Positions 1 through 13,555 of a stretch of DNA of 64,000 nucleotides are shown here, piece after piece (positions within the stretch are counted from its first letter, which is position 1; each line of letters begins with the position of its first letter). The position numbers and the translations under genes were made by a program. The notes below the pieces were generated by a model that was not told where the DNA came from, ran no database searches, and was given only the letters and a program-made list of their open reading frames with translations. Source of the DNA: Lytechinus pictus (Eukaryota); the NCBI RefSeq assembly GCF_037042905.1, contig NC_087245.1:39248001-39312000 (forward strand), in the 5' to 3' direction.

Positions 1-918
1 CTGTGTCCCTGTTCCAGCAGAGTCATACCAAAGACTTGTAAAAATGGAAAACTACATGTACTGGACCTTTTAGTCTGGCATTCCTGCATTAAGATTTTAG
101 AAGGGTAGAGCATTTATATAACTGAAGTGGCAACCCTGAGTAAATTAAAAATTATTCATGTACACTAGTTAGAAGTCCTTTTCTCCTTGTAAGGCTATTA
201 TGAATTGATTATGAAGTAATTCTGGTTTAGTTTTGGCATGCCAACGCTCATACTCATACATTTGGTACCTGACATGTATATTGTAAGATCCAGCCACATT
301 TCTGCCTGTCGGTCAATAACTTGCAAAGTCTGCAAAGATAAGGTACATGTACAGCATTTGTATATGACGCTTTGAATGATATTAAAGTTTTTTCTTGCAA
401 ATGCTGCTCGAGGTTGACAGTGTAATACTGTGTACCAGCATATTTTAATGATTTATGCATGAAACTTTGATATTGACATATGAATAGAATCATGCTCAAG
501 TATGTCAATTTGATATGCTGATAGTTAAGTTGATGATCATTCAGGAGTTTATAGAACCTAGCACTATTAAACTGTGCACATTATTTATCTCACAGTGCCA
601 GAAGATATATGAGACTAGGGACATACATATAAACCATTATACCATTAAAGTTAGTTAGCTTGGTTTTGGTTCATTAGCTATTTTTCTCATTAACCAATAT
701 ATACTTATGATTATCATCCATTTATCTAAGTACTGTGCTAAAAGATAAAGGTTGTCAAGGCAGCATATCAGTGATGGATGTGGATGTCACCTTACAAGTC
801 CAGGTTGGGGTGGAAATTCAGCCTGTGGGCTACAGTAATTTGATTTACTTTTTTCCTTTCCCAGGCAACCTGCACTTGTACTGTAGACATCCTTATTCCT
901 TCCCTCTTTGTACTCATA

Positions 919-1143
919 TAGAGACGGTGATTTTCCGTTTAAAAAAATGGTCTTTCCCGTTTCTGAAAATCTGTAATTCCGTTTCAACTTGATCTCAAAA
1001 TGGAAATTCTGTTTTTTTCACTGAAAATGTACACAGCAAAAACCTTTGCAAAGGTGAATTCCATGAATTTTTACATAAAAAGTATAAGACCCGAACGGAA
1101 TTTCCGTTTTATTTACCGGTAAAATGGAAAATCACTGTCCCTA
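919..1143. mobile_element. MITE with TAG(G/A)GAC(A/G)GTGATTTTCC termini and 6-bp TSD
   Basis: TIRs TAGAGACGGTGATTTTCC/GGAAAATCACTGTCCCTA, TSD ctcata on both sides, subterminal TTCCGTTT repeats. Confidence 0.85.
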
Positions 1144-1359
1144 CTCATATATTTGCTTGTAACTTGATCTTTGTTGACATGCCGAATAAAATTATGATGA
1201 TAATGATGATAACATCAATAGGGAACTGAGCTCATATACCATTTAATTATCCCTTGGATGTTGGTAAAAAAGATGTGATGTTTTCCCATTAACCAAACTA
1301 CAAATTACGATTATCATCCATTTTCCTTCGCTTTTCTCTCTCATCTTCCCCTTTAATAG

Positions 1360-1596
1360 GCACCCAAGCTTGCAGACAAGTACTGCGTATGTCACCTGGC
1401 CACGGGTGATATGCTGAGGGCGGTCATCGCCTCGGGATCGGACCTTGGTAAGAAGTTGAAGGTGGTGTTGGACAGCGGGAAGCTCGTCAGCGATGAGCTG
1501 GTCGTGCAGATGATCGACAACAAACTGGACACTGCAGATTGCAAAAATGGCTTCCTCCTCGATGGCTTCCCAAGGACGGTCGTCCAGGCTGAGAAG
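1360..1596 (+). CDS. AK2: Adenylate kinase 2, internal coding exon (first exon with P-loop is upstream of the window)
   Basis: tttaatAG acceptor, AAG|gtaatc donor, 237 nt phase 0/0; [20 protein letters not shown]...[16 protein letters not shown] contains the AK signature LDGFPR. Confidence 0.95.
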
Positions 1597-2149
1597 GTAA
1601 TCTTCAAAGATGCCTCTGGCGTTGTCTTCATAGATGCGATTGGCTGTCGAGATAAACAAATTAGGCTTAGTATCAGCCGTTAATTGAAGCAAAGTGACTA
1701 AAATAACACAATTAACGGCTGTTACTAAGCCTAATTTGTTTATTTCGACAGCCAATCACAGCTCGTCATTTAGCGTCCATTGTCTCTTTTAGTTCTATCA
1801 TATTTTGTCCTAGTGTTCTGTTCATTCATGCCATTTTACTCTGATGAGTGCATGTCATTTTAAGCTTCAATATGTCTGTTTTTAAGGCTATTTCACGATT
1901 TTGCGGTACTAAACATTTATTTATTGTTTCCATATTGTCTCTTATATCATAAGAATTTGGTAGCTTACTGTACAATGATTATTTCCTTCTTTCCCGTAAC
2001 TTTGGTTTATCTTTGATTTTGAATGTATTTTTTTCCTTCTGGATAATGCCACTTTTATTGCTTGTAGCATGTTACTTTTATCCTATATTTTCAGAGGATA
2101 TGTCTCTGGACTTAAATCACATGGTACCATATCACTATAGCAAACTATT

Positions 2150-2400
2150 AATCTAGATTTAGATTTATTTCCGTTCAACAAAATTTTCAAAATATAATCA
2201 AAGTAACAATACATAGTCAATATAATACAGACAGATCAATGACATTTCTTAACAAATATTGAATATAGATTAAACAAAACTAAAGTGTGTTGCAATAATT
2301 TTATCTATGAAAAGAATGTAGAAATGAACTTGCCAAGGAAAGCAAAGCTTGTATAGAAGGCAAGCCTCTAAACTTAGTTTCAATATCTGCCACCCTCGAC
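2150..2400 (-). mobile_element. LINE 3' UTR fragment with (AAATCT)n tail; related fragments at 23944-24085 (-) and 36480-36850 (+)
   Basis: About 130-bp match between 2150-2280 and 23945-24080; shared TATACAAGCTTTGCTTTT and ACGGAAATAAAT motifs. Confidence 0.65.
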
Positions 2401-2600
2401 CCTTGAGAGGTAAATGGTTACCTGACAAGGTTTGATTCCTCAAAATGTTTGTGCGATCTACATGGCTACCAAGGCTAAATCCAGGGTAAAATCCAAAATT
2501 CTTTTGAAATGCATAGAGATGTTGGAAGATATTTGGATAAGTGCTATACAAGAACAGATTGTTGATATTATTATTGATTTCTTATTTCATATTCCAACAG

Positions 2601-2768
2601 CTGGATGAACTCCTTAAGAAGAGGAAGACTGCCCTTGACTCGGTAGTGGAGTTTGGTATCGATGACACGCTGCTTGTGAAGAGAATCACAGGACGGCTCA
2701 TCCACAAACCCAGCGGAAGGTCTTATCACACAGAATTTAGCCCTCCAAAGAAACCTATGACTGATGAT
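2601..2768 (+). CDS. AK2: Adenylate kinase 2, internal exon (LID domain)
   Basis: ccaacAG acceptor, GAT|gtaagt donor, 168 nt; [18 protein letters not shown]...[29 protein letters not shown]. Confidence 0.95.
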
Positions 2769-3371
2769 GTAAGTAGCTCCTTGTGATAGAGCAATAGATG
2801 AGAAATAATATAAAGCCTACTCTGCTGTGCAAGCCCCTCACTCGATTAAGGGGTCTGAATGTGCAGCCTATTTATGCCCTGTATACTGAGGGCTCTCTCG
2901 CTCAGGGTCTGCTTCATCTTCAGGTTTGGGCTGAATTGAAACGGCAAGTTTTGTATGTGCTAGTCTTTGCGTGGAGACCCACTTGTTGATCAAAGTTTCA
3001 ATCTGGGTCTGTGGCTGCAGACTAATTAAATGCTATCTTCAGTTAACCCCCCTCCGCATAGATTATATTTATGCATGTGTCCCCAGAATGTTTATGATGT
3101 TTAGGATATAATCTAAAATTGTGTTTTATTTGATTTAAATTTACTAATTTTTATCAAAATTGAATTTCATTGTATGCCTGATCAAAATAGGATACCTATG
3201 TATTTATACCTTGTTTATGTAAAACTCCACAAGAATATGATTGGCAGAAATTTATACTTCAATTTTGTACCTTGACTATATAGTGTACCTGTCCAAAATG
3301 CAATTTTTGTTTCATTTGATTTTTTTGCAGTTTTATTGCAATTACTATTTTGTCCATTTTCTCTGTTTCAG

Positions 3372-3599
3372 GTAACTGGTGAGCCACTCATCAAACGATC
3401 CGACGATAATGAGGTTACACTGAAGACACGCCTTGAGGCCTACCACAAGCAGACCGCACCCCTCGTCGATTATTACTCTAAACGTGGCATCCATCAACGT
3501 ATCGATGCCGCTAGAGCACCCGATGCGGTATACGCCAGCATCCAATCGATATTCGCAAAGGCGCAGACTGCAAGGAAAGATAAAGTTGTATTCATTTGA
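3372..3599 (+). CDS. AK2: Adenylate kinase 2, last coding exon
   Basis: tgtttcAG acceptor; [13 protein letters not shown]...[16 protein letters not shown]...KDKVVFI-TGA; C-terminus resembles the vertebrate AK2 long isoform. Confidence 0.95.
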   Translation, partial: VTGEPLIKRSDDNEVTLKTRLEAYHKQTAPLVDYYSKRGIHQRIDAARAPDAVYASIQSIFAKAQTARKDKVVFI

Positions 3600-6407
3600 T
3601 TGTAGAACTGTATATTAAAAGAGTGAGAGAGTGTGACAAGTCACCACAAAGCATGGATAGGGAAATGAAAGACAAATTTCCAGGGTCCAGAATATATTTG
3701 AAATCGGTGGACAGACGTAAATAACGCATGCTTTGCATGTTCTGGGTCTCGTCTTACAAAGAGTTGCGATTGATCTGATCAATCTCAACTATAGCCAGCA
3801 AGGTCAACATCTGAAATGCATGATAATTCAAAATGTTATCTACATATGATGTATATTCATAAATTAATCGTTTTCTAGATCATTTGGTGCGTTTGCCTTT
3901 GTTTACAAAGGACATTTTGCAAATTTCCTGTAGACAAATGAGGACCCTGATGGATTAAAAAGATGGGGGCCCTGGTCTGAAAAATTTCTTCCACTTTACC
4001 GATTACTTGATTTATAGGTTGGTTTAGGCAGACTTAGCTGTATACACAGTTCTGTTTCACAAAACTTGTCATAAGAACAAATACACAATTCTATAGCAGG
4101 TTTACTATCAGCCAAACAATTTGAATGATTTCAGTAGCTTTTGATATTGTGAATTTGTTATTACAGCAAGTTTTATGAAACAGGGTTCCTGGCTCTGTGG
4201 TGACTTGTCACTGATAGCTTTTATTTCTCTTGTAATTACAAAGCATATGGGGCTATATACCTGCTGGAAGGGAAGTCAGAATACTAAGTGCTATTTAATG
4301 GGGTAGTGGGGCAGCGGAGTGTTGTTATACATATAAGATTGAAATTGTGAATTTCATGAATTTGGAGCTCTATTTTATTACCTGAATCATGTCGAGAGCA
4401 GGGGCTTCGTAGAAGTCTCGTACAATATGTATATGTGCTACACAGTTGTTTCCTTTTCTTTTAATTTCTTTGTTCCTGTGTTGTTTGCGATATGAAAGAG
4501 GGTTTTCACAATTGGCCATGTGACTGTTTGTGACCATTTGATTACAGTACATGTTGTGATCGCAAAAGTTACATGACCAGTTTTGAAAATAAAAAGCGTC
4601 ATAAGTAGGTGAAATCATAATTTATTTACATGAGCTTTTGACTCTATCTACAGTATTAATTTTCCTTTCTTTTTTTGGGGGGACTGAATTATCTTTATGT
4701 AGTGGATTTATTTTCAGTTCTCGCCACTCACTAGAGTTTGCCTTATTTTGTGCTTCAGTTGGATTTCATTCGCTATTACCAATAGTTGACTTTATAGTTC
4801 AACAGATGAATTTGAAAGTCATGTTGATGAACTAGTTGGCTGAGTAGCATTGTTGAGCACTATTCTCATTACCTAAAATTTGCATTAAATGTTCCATTAG
4901 CCACTGATTAATGACCATGCCTATCTTCAGTTCCTCAAATGCCACAATACAGTTCTGAGAAGATTACCCCCAAATTTGCCACAGATTATTTTTGTTTATA
5001 CCAAATTTAGTCTTAAAACTAAAAGGTACCATAACAAAACTCTGTGTCACGTCTTTAAGCTGGAATTCTACTGCAGTGGCTTTCTCTTATCCCTCCTGTC
5101 TTTAGTGATATGTGAGAGTTGGTGATAAGCCACTTCCAGGAACCCTGCATGAAAGGCAAGGCTTTGACATTTTACTCCTATTAGGGGTGTTGATTAAAAA
5201 TGGAGAAGTAAAAAATCTTTATTGCCTAATATGCTTTGCTAGTGTACATTTCATTTCCTGTTTTCCCCACAGAAATTGCATAACTTTTTTAGTATATAGA
5301 AGTCCAGTAATGTTTTCAATGGGTGTGCATTGTACAACTTTCGCTGATGTAAAAACATCACCACCCCCTTACTCTCGAAAGCATTTGTATATCACTTGAC
5401 ATTAAAAAACAAATCACTTGATATTCATAAACAATTTTTCTCTCAGGAAATGATCAAAGTTTATGATTTGTATTTGGCAGCTCAAAGTTTTTGGTTTAAT
5501 TAAGTACTTATTCTTATGCATCTGTTTGTTAGAGAAAACAAAAAATTTATTAAATAACTTATCCTCTTTTTGATTGCCTGTTTAATAACACCTCTTATTG
5601 ATTTCAAGTTGGTCTGTTTAAATAGACATTAGAAGTTACGAATAGTACCTTGCAATTGTAATTAGCTGTCCAAATTCACTATTAACACTCGTGTTCAAAT
5701 CATGTCTTTCTTTTAAAATTATACTTTTGCTAACAGAAAGGGTTACCATTCACAAATTTAAGTTTTAATAAATCTGAATGTAAGTTTGTTGGTCAGAGAA
5801 CGAGCGAAAATACTGGATTTTGTAGATCTATTAAATTATCTTTTAATCTCATTCTTCTTAGTGTGTAATAATATTCCTTCTATTAACATTGATGAGTGAT
5901 AACAATACTGTTCAACAGAACTTTACACACAAAAAAATCAGTCTAAGACACCCATTTATGTTGTTTATATTTACATGTATATTGTATGTTACACATTCAG
6001 GAAGACAAAGAAATTGACACATGCATTTGTGATCATCATTATAGGAGGGGGAATTAATAACTATGCTCAATAAATTGAGATTTCTATCACAATAAATCAT
6101 GTTTCATGATTGTTTTGTTATATCTTAATGCCTGATTTAAGTCTTGTTAAGATGTGGTAGGACAGAGCTCAACATTTTCTTTGAAAATATTAGGCATCTA
6201 AACATGTATACCAGTAAAACGGGTCTACAACATTGAGGAAATGTTGTTGAGCCTTTTCTAACCATATGTAAATGTCAACAAGACTTTATTGTCACAATTA
6301 AGATTAAGATTTTTTTTTTATAGATTAAATAAGTATGTACAGTCAAAAGTTGAATCTTGTTAGAAAGATTAAATAGCTTGAATTAGACATAATTCGAAAT
6401 TTTACTT

Positions 6408-6906
6408 TAATTCTCGCTACCCCAAATAGGAACAAAAATCTCATAATGCGCGAGACGAGATAATTTTCACTTCGTCGGGTCGTCATCACCACTTCCGGTT
6501 CAGAGTTATGCTCGCGCGAGGTTCGCGATACTGAGTTTTCCACATAGAGATGTATACCTCTATGGTTTTCCACCACGCTGAAATCGATGCCAATCAGCGT
6601 AATATGTACAGATTATAATACGTTTTATCTAATTTGGTCAGTTTTGATTCCATTTGAATTATAAATAGAAATACAAAATATATTTCACGTGAAAATGTGA
6701 AAGAGAGGGTTGTGATCACGAACTTTCCGAGCGAAAGCGACGTTGTGTTGTTGTGCATGACGGCACTGTTGATCTGAATGGCAAAACAGTGCATTGGACT
6801 TCCGATCAGGAAGTTGTAATACCGAAAAGCTATCCCATAATGCAGTGCGCGTTACAGGGATTTTCCCGGATCTTGGCGAAATCGTTAATTGGGGTAGCGA
6901 GAATTA
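6408..6906. mobile_element. Unclassified MITE with 18-bp perfect TIR
   Basis: TAATTCTCGCTACCCCAA at 6408 and TTGGGGTAGCGAGAATTA ending 6906; CpG-rich interior; terminal TA may be the TSD. Confidence 0.75.
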
Positions 6907-8533
6907 TCAATCATATTTTCGATATGGAGTGGGGCTATCGGCTTAGTATTGTATGAGAGCAAAAATTAAAGTAAATACCGGTTTTTCTCACTCAAATGAG
7001 AATGAAACCGTTGGAACAAAGTTAGATTGTATGGAAACAAATCAAAGAATAAGATCAATGAAAGTTTGAGAATAAAGGAATCCCTAATGCTATGGAGATC
7101 CTCCAATTGGCAATGTGACCAAGATTTGTGAGGTCGTGGAAGTACAAATCCACTTGGTACGCTAAAAATATACCCCAAAACATCTATTTTTTTGCTCATT
7201 CTAATGATAGTACAAGCTTTTGTCCATGATATATCTCACATGTTGGTCATACAAGCTAGTTCGTAGTTCCATTCTGCGCATGATCAGAGGAAGGTCATTG
7301 GTACTAAAGTGACATGTTGGTTTAAAATTTAATGAGATAAGCATCAACTTTATATCAATTATCAAATTGAAAAGCAGCCCTTTTAATATAACCATCTAAA
7401 ACCATTAACTTCCCAAATCCAACAATTACCCTTTGGAATACGATGTTATTAAAACTGTAACAGAACACATGACAGTTTTCAATGGGGTATCAATTAACTT
7501 ACATTTCTCCTTATCGTATAATATACGGCCGATACTAAGCGATATAAACTATGGGAAAATTTTCTTAAGAGTTTCTCACCTAATCAGCTTTTAACTTCAA
7601 GTTTTGTTTATATGGATTTTTAGTTCAGCGAGCGGGGGTGAGCAAGTCAATCTGAATTACTTATGCCGTTTTTACAATCCTCAACTCGTCTCCAATTTAA
7701 ACATTGTTAAAGAAAGAGAAGCAAAATTTGCACTTTTGCAATTGGCCAAGAAATATGTAGCTAGCTGTGACAGTAGAGCTGAATAGAACTACTGGCTGAT
7801 TAATCAAGGAAGTTCATGTCCCAGCAAAATAACCTTGGGAGGTTGATATAGATAGCTGTTATTGCTATAGCTGTGATAAGGAGAATTAGAGTACAGTATG
7901 CTTCAGATTAGATTTGCGATGCAATTCACAATGTCTTCAATGAGCTTAAAAGGTCTATAATGCTCATGCACGAGCAAGGGAGCGACTTTTCTGAGCAAGA
8001 AAATTACAATATTTTTGCCAACTTGCAGTGTCGCAGAAGTTGCATCACATATCTAGAGCAGCCCCATTTGTAAATGGTGCTTTCGTGAAAAGAGTCTTGG
8101 TTATTCTTGCGGCCAAAATATGCATTTCTGCATTGACAAACAATATTTCTCCTAGTATTAACCACAATTCACAGGTTGCATTGAAAGATCCAAAGCCTGC
8201 GGCATAAAACTTCAACATAGCTGTGATTTTGATTGGTTTTTGAGCAATGTTACCATGGTAGTTAAAAGTGATAGTAGTAGTAAACATTGAAAGAATAGTT
8301 ACTAGTATTAGTGTTGAATTTTTTACGCAATGGGTCCAAATCAATTCTACATTCCTGCAGCTTTGGTATAAGGCGAATGATGTATATTGCACTATCATTA
8401 TGCATAAACTAAGTCGCCTATCAGAGACAGTCAATTACTTACATGTAATCAAAACGATAGAGTTGAACCATAAGATAAGCACATCCACGAAGGGCATTCT
8501 CGTAACATAGTACATCTGTCCTCCGGTAAACAA

Positions 8534-9414
8534 GAGGGGTGTTTCACAAGGAATGAAACACCCCTCTAAGTGTTACTTAGTCATTCTAATACTGGGGGGT
8601 GGGGGTGTTTCATCAATGCTGTCAGCACTGACTAAATGGTCAGTGCTGACTATTTCAGTGAAATCCTTGGTTTTGATTGGCTAAAAAGCACTGGCTTCTG
8701 ACTGTTGCTATGGTAACTGTCGGAGAAAGACAACTTGTCAGTGCTGACAACTTTCATGAAACGGACCCCTGATGCAAACCAGGGCCATCTTACAGAGTTA
8801 CAATTGATCCAATCAAACGTAACTATGGAAATCCATCAGTGTCAGAATTTTTTCTACAGGAAATTTGCAAAATGTCCTTTGTAAACAAAGGAGACCACAC
8901 CAAATTGTCAAGAAATCAATGAATTTATGGAATGGATATACATTCATATCTAAAAAATTGTTTGAACAAACATGCATTTTATATGTTGACTTTGTTGGCT
9001 TTCCATAGTTGTGATTGATCGGATCATTCGCAACTCTTTGTAAGACGGGCCCGTGATCTATTATGCACAATCTTATTTATCAATATGCAGTAGCACTCGT
9101 CCTCTTAGCATGATTTGACTATGTAGTGCACGGAACTGGAAATTTAAGTGTGACTCTAAGGGGTGTTGCAAGCAAATATTTGCGATCAATTGCAAATATT
9201 CTGTTGCAATTTTACAACTGATAGATCAACGTTAAATATAGCAAATCAGATTAAACTCCTTGTTTCACGGAGCAGATTAGCAATCAATCACTAATTTACA
9301 ATTAATTGCAAGATACATGATTGATTTAGGGACCAAAAATAGACTTTCAATTGATCGCAGGTTTCTTGCAACACCCCATAAGTCACGCTTATCCCTTTGT
9401 GAAACAGCCCCCAG
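8534..9414. mobile_element. Nest of Harbinger-type MITEs (outer element plus inner copies at ~8595-8768, ~8783-9052, ~9160-9378)
   Basis: Repeated GGGGTGTTTCA/GGGCCCGTCTTAC-type inverted termini, CWG or TAA flanks; 8783-9052 is the reverse complement of 3745-3935. Confidence 0.75.
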
Positions 9415-10312
9415 GACAGATGTACGCTACATTCTGACGTGAGGTCACATCAGAGGATAGAATTGACAATCATCCTTCTTATTCTTGTATTGTATGTTAC
9501 AGGAATGTAACAAGCGCAGCTGAATATATCCATATAAAAGCGCAGCTGAATATATCCATATAAAAGCTGCACTATACAAATTAATGTTTATTATTATTAT
9601 TATTATTATGTAATATCACATTACACATGAAATTGACATAGGTCCTAGTGTATAAGCAGGACCTTCAGGAGTTATTCTATCTCTGTTTCCTAGGTCAAAT
9701 GAAGAATTGCAATCTCCTCAAATTACGATGGCTTAAAGTAGCTTAAATGGACATACAAGAGGTTGCTTATTTTACAGAATTGCCCTGAAGTTCTTTAACA
9801 GATAGTAAAGAAGTACCACATGTCCTCTGAGCTGTGAGAGAAGTCATGCATATTAACCGACATTACGGAACGGGTTCAATGATGTAGCCAATAGCGAGTA
9901 CATATGCAAATTACATACTTAAATTTTACGCAACCTTCCAGACATTCATTTTGAGTGCAGCACTGCACATTTCGCATGCATTATTTTACTCCAGCATGTC
10001 AAAACCGAAACAAAATATGAATTTTTTTTCATAGAAAGGCCATGGCAAGGATTTTAATGCGCTTACTTGGGCGTGCATACTGGATGCATACACCTGTGAT
10101 GTCGGAATAGAAAGCAACCTCTTCACCTGTGCCATCCTAGTAAGTTTTGAGGGATGCTGACCCACAGTCAAACAAATAATGCACAGGTTAAGATTTGATG
10201 TTAGTGTGTTGCAGTCATCTCGGGTATTCACGATGCAAAGCAAAAATGCTCTTCAATAAGCCCCGTGCTTATCGCACATTGTAAATACCCTAATAATAAG
10301 AGTGCTGCTGTA

Positions 10313-10471
10313 TAGTCTGCTATGCAAACCCATTCAAGTTAAGGGTCTGAATGTGCAGCCTACAATGACTAGTGTGCTGAAGGCACTAACAACAAGTTGT
10401 TTATGTGCTAGTCTTCTGTGAAGACTTACTTGTTGATCAAAGTTTTAGTCAGGGTCTGTGCATGCAGACTA
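10313..10471 (+). mobile_element. Old MITE with Academ-like TAGTCTGC...GCAGACTA termini in EIF2B4 3' region; relative at 2818-3024
   Basis: Shares GGGTCTGAATGTGCAGCCTA and TATGTGCTAGTCTT...CTTGTTGATCAAAGTTT...GCAGACTA blocks with 2818-3024. Confidence 0.65.
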
Positions 10472-10638
10472 GTCGCTGTTCCCCAAACAAAAAACTATCA
10501 TCAAACGGAATGGCAGACCACAACATGACAGTTCAACTGCTATTGCAAAACCTAGCTCTCAGTGTTCTTCATCATGCCGACCTAAGCTCTCACTATTCTT
10601 GATATCCCTTCATTCTTCAACTTCTGTCCTTCATGACT

Positions 10639-10838
10639 TCAGCTCTCAATGTTCTTGACCCTAAGTACAACGGGCACTGATGTGCAGGGTAGCATTCCAA
10701 TCTCGGTGATCACCATAGAAACAAAATCTGGTGGGGTGACATCATAAACAAGGTTGAGGAGAGTCAAGGCATTGATGTCCCTCCAGTTAGCCAGGTTACA
10801 CTTTGAGCGGTTGATGGAAACTAGGTCACCAGGATCAC
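10639..10838 (-). CDS. EIF2B4: eIF2B delta subunit, last coding exon
   Basis: ttttctAG acceptor, phase 1; (G)DPGDLV...[42 protein letters not shown], canonical eIF2B delta C-terminus. Confidence 0.95.
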
Positions 10839-11379
10839 CTAGAAAAGGACAAAACATAAATTACAGATAAATTATACCACGGTCAACGCATCTTGGCTCG
10901 CTCCTACAAGACTGCATGCACTTTCTCCATTCCCTTGGGAGCATTTCAAGTAGGCATTATTGTGCTTCTCACCCGCCTGACTTCTGTGATGCCATACTGT
11001 GTCAGAAGGGTTATGATTACATAGATTTGTATTTAGAAAAGACTGATTATTTTCTTGATATTAAGATTATGAATTTGATCTTTTATTAAAAAAACAATTT
11101 GCAGAGTAAAAATGACAATATTTACTGCTTTCATGGATTAAAACATCTATTTTTATGGCCATGACTGATTTGCTGCTTATTTGGCGCAGCTTTCCACCTT
11201 TATCTGTATGCAGATCGTGTGTACCAATATTTCCCGATACAGCAATCTTGGCAAAGTAAGAGCTGAACAAATAAATCACATCCACCCCCCAAAAAAATAA
11301 ATGGTATTAGTAATGAAACTACAGTTCTGAATAAAAAAAAAAATCAAACTTCGACACAAGCTGTCTATGATCTACTCAC

Positions 11380-11560
11380 CTAATTCATTTGTGACAAAGC
11401 TATCTGTCTGAACCCGGTCACTGAATTTGTATGTCTCACAGCAGACAAGAACTGGAACGTTGTAGGACTTCGCTACCATGGCGATGACCGAAGACCCCAC
11501 TCTTGACATGACATAGCCGTTGGCAAGGAGGGCGTGCGCACCAAGGAAAACCTTTGAAAC
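11380..11560 (-). CDS. EIF2B4: eIF2B delta coding exon 9
   Basis: 181 nt, G|gtgagt donor; [23 protein letters not shown]...[26 protein letters not shown]. Confidence 0.95.
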
Positions 11561-12019
11561 CTTCGATACAAAAAAGATTTGTAAAGAAAAGTGGAAGAGC
11601 AGAGGATAAGTTGTAAATTCTAGCATGGTAGTGATCTAAAAAAGAGGAAGAACAGAAACTTATCAAATCCTAGCATGGTAACAGGGCTCAGGAACCAATC
11701 AAATCAAGTTTGCAATTGTTTGTTTATACCACAAAGGAAAATTTATCACAATTGTTCTGGCCACCAGGGTCTCATTAAACATGGAACAGTGACTGATCCT
11801 TGGATTGATTTTCATGATTAACTGTACATCGCTGTCAATACAATCAATCATGTTTTTATTTTTATTTAAGACTGATTGCTAAGAATTGTGGAGCCCAGGA
11901 TATAAATGATATATATTTTTTGTCTTTCCTTTATGAGAAAAAGTACCAAAGAAAGATAACAAAAATATCAACAATGCTAACCAAAAGAAAGTCAATGAAA
12001 TGTGACACTACGATATTAA

Positions 12020-12572
12020 AGGAATGGTCCGGGCTGAAATTTCATCAAAATCAGATAACAAATAACAAAGTCATTGAATTTTAAAGTTTAACAATATTTG
12101 GTGAAAACAGTTATATGCACATCGTCATAAATATTCATTAGGTGGGCTGATGATGTCACATCCCCACTTTCCTTTTTTCTTATGTTATTACATGAAATCA
12201 CAATTGTTTCATTTTTTCATACAGGTGTAAATGATGTATCTCCATTGTGTTGAAACAAGTTGCGGCAATAAATATCTAATGCACTTTATCAGTTGTCAAT
12301 CCAATTGTTTTAGTTCTTGGAAGAAAAATGTTGAATGAACATAATTTTATATAATAAAATACAAAAGAACAAGTGGAGATATGACATCATCAGCCCACCT
12401 AATGAATTTTCATGAAGACATGCCTAGAACTGTTTCACCAGAATAATGCAAATCTTTAAAATTCAATAACTTCGTTATTTGTTATCCGATTTTGATCAAA
12501 TTTTCAGCATTTTGCTCTGTGAGTTTTACTCTATTTATTGAGATATATATATCTCCAGCCTGGACCATCCCT
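12020..12572. mobile_element. TTAA-specific palindromic MITE, Kolobok-like (AGG termini)
   Basis: ttaa|AGGAATGGTCCGGGCTG...CAGCCTGGACCATCCCT|ttaa with long internal inverted arms. Confidence 0.85.
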
Positions 12573-12655
12573 TTAAACAGAAGTCAGCTTTCATATGATA
12601 CATATGCATCATATGAAAGCTGGTTTCTGTTTAAGATCGTTAATCTTAATCTTAC

Positions 12656-12833
12656 CTCTGGCATCATATAAGAGACTGCATTGATGAGGACATAGGTACA
12701 CTTGATGCCGGCAGCTACAAGCCTCCTAATACCCTCTCGACCTTCGACCTTTGGCCTGCTGTCAACCACAATGACCCGGAAGCGTAACCCAGACTTGTGG
12801 GCATCACACAGGACTTTCCTAATTAAGGATGAG
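12656..12833 (-). CDS. EIF2B4: eIF2B delta coding exon 8
   Basis: 178 nt, ccacAG acceptor, GAG|gtaaga donor; SSLIRKVLCDAHKSGLRFRVIVVDSRPKVEG...CTYVLINAVSYMMPE. Confidence 0.95.
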
Positions 12834-13555
12834 CTGTGGAAGAGAGCAAATATTAACTAGAAATATCACTGAAGATAAATAATATCCACCCTGTGCTGTT
12901 ACCATGGTAATTAATGCATTTTCCAGCATTACCATGGGTTATGCATGTCTTTACCCCAAGACCAATGTGTGTTCCATACAGTCAGGCAAGCGGTTGGTCG
13001 GTCATTTTCAAATCTTGAATGTCGAACTACTTCCTCTGTTTTAACCTATTCTTATAAAATTGGAACACACATTGGGGATATTAATAGAGATATTGATAGA
13101 GAGATAAATTACCACATGACTAGTAGCACTTGAAATCAAAATTCAAATGGCCCCCAAGTATAAGTATCATAGCTACGAGAGTAAACAAAAAATCCCTGAA
13201 AACAATTATCTACCCTGACCTTGAACTTTATAGTTACCATTGTTCTTATCCTACATTATCTGTCTCAAACCCATCCTGATCCTATTAAAACATAATATTG
13301 GCCAATCTCTTTGGAGAAATTAAAATACAGGATCAATTATTGCAAGAAAAAATATCAGGGAGCCATTTCATAAAGCTATTCCTAAGTTATGAATGACTTT
13401 ATGCACGACTGGTTAACTTTTATTTTTTTTGCATGTTATATCCCTATGTAACTGACTTAGCACCCAAGGACATGTTCCAGTCATTCGTAAAGTTGTGCAT
13501 AACTTTACAAAAAGCTTTATGATATACTACGCAGGTCAACATATCTCCTACTTAC

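Noticed and set aside
1243..1755. 170-aa minus-strand ORF
   Set aside because: Antisense shadow of the AK2 exon; no recognisable domain
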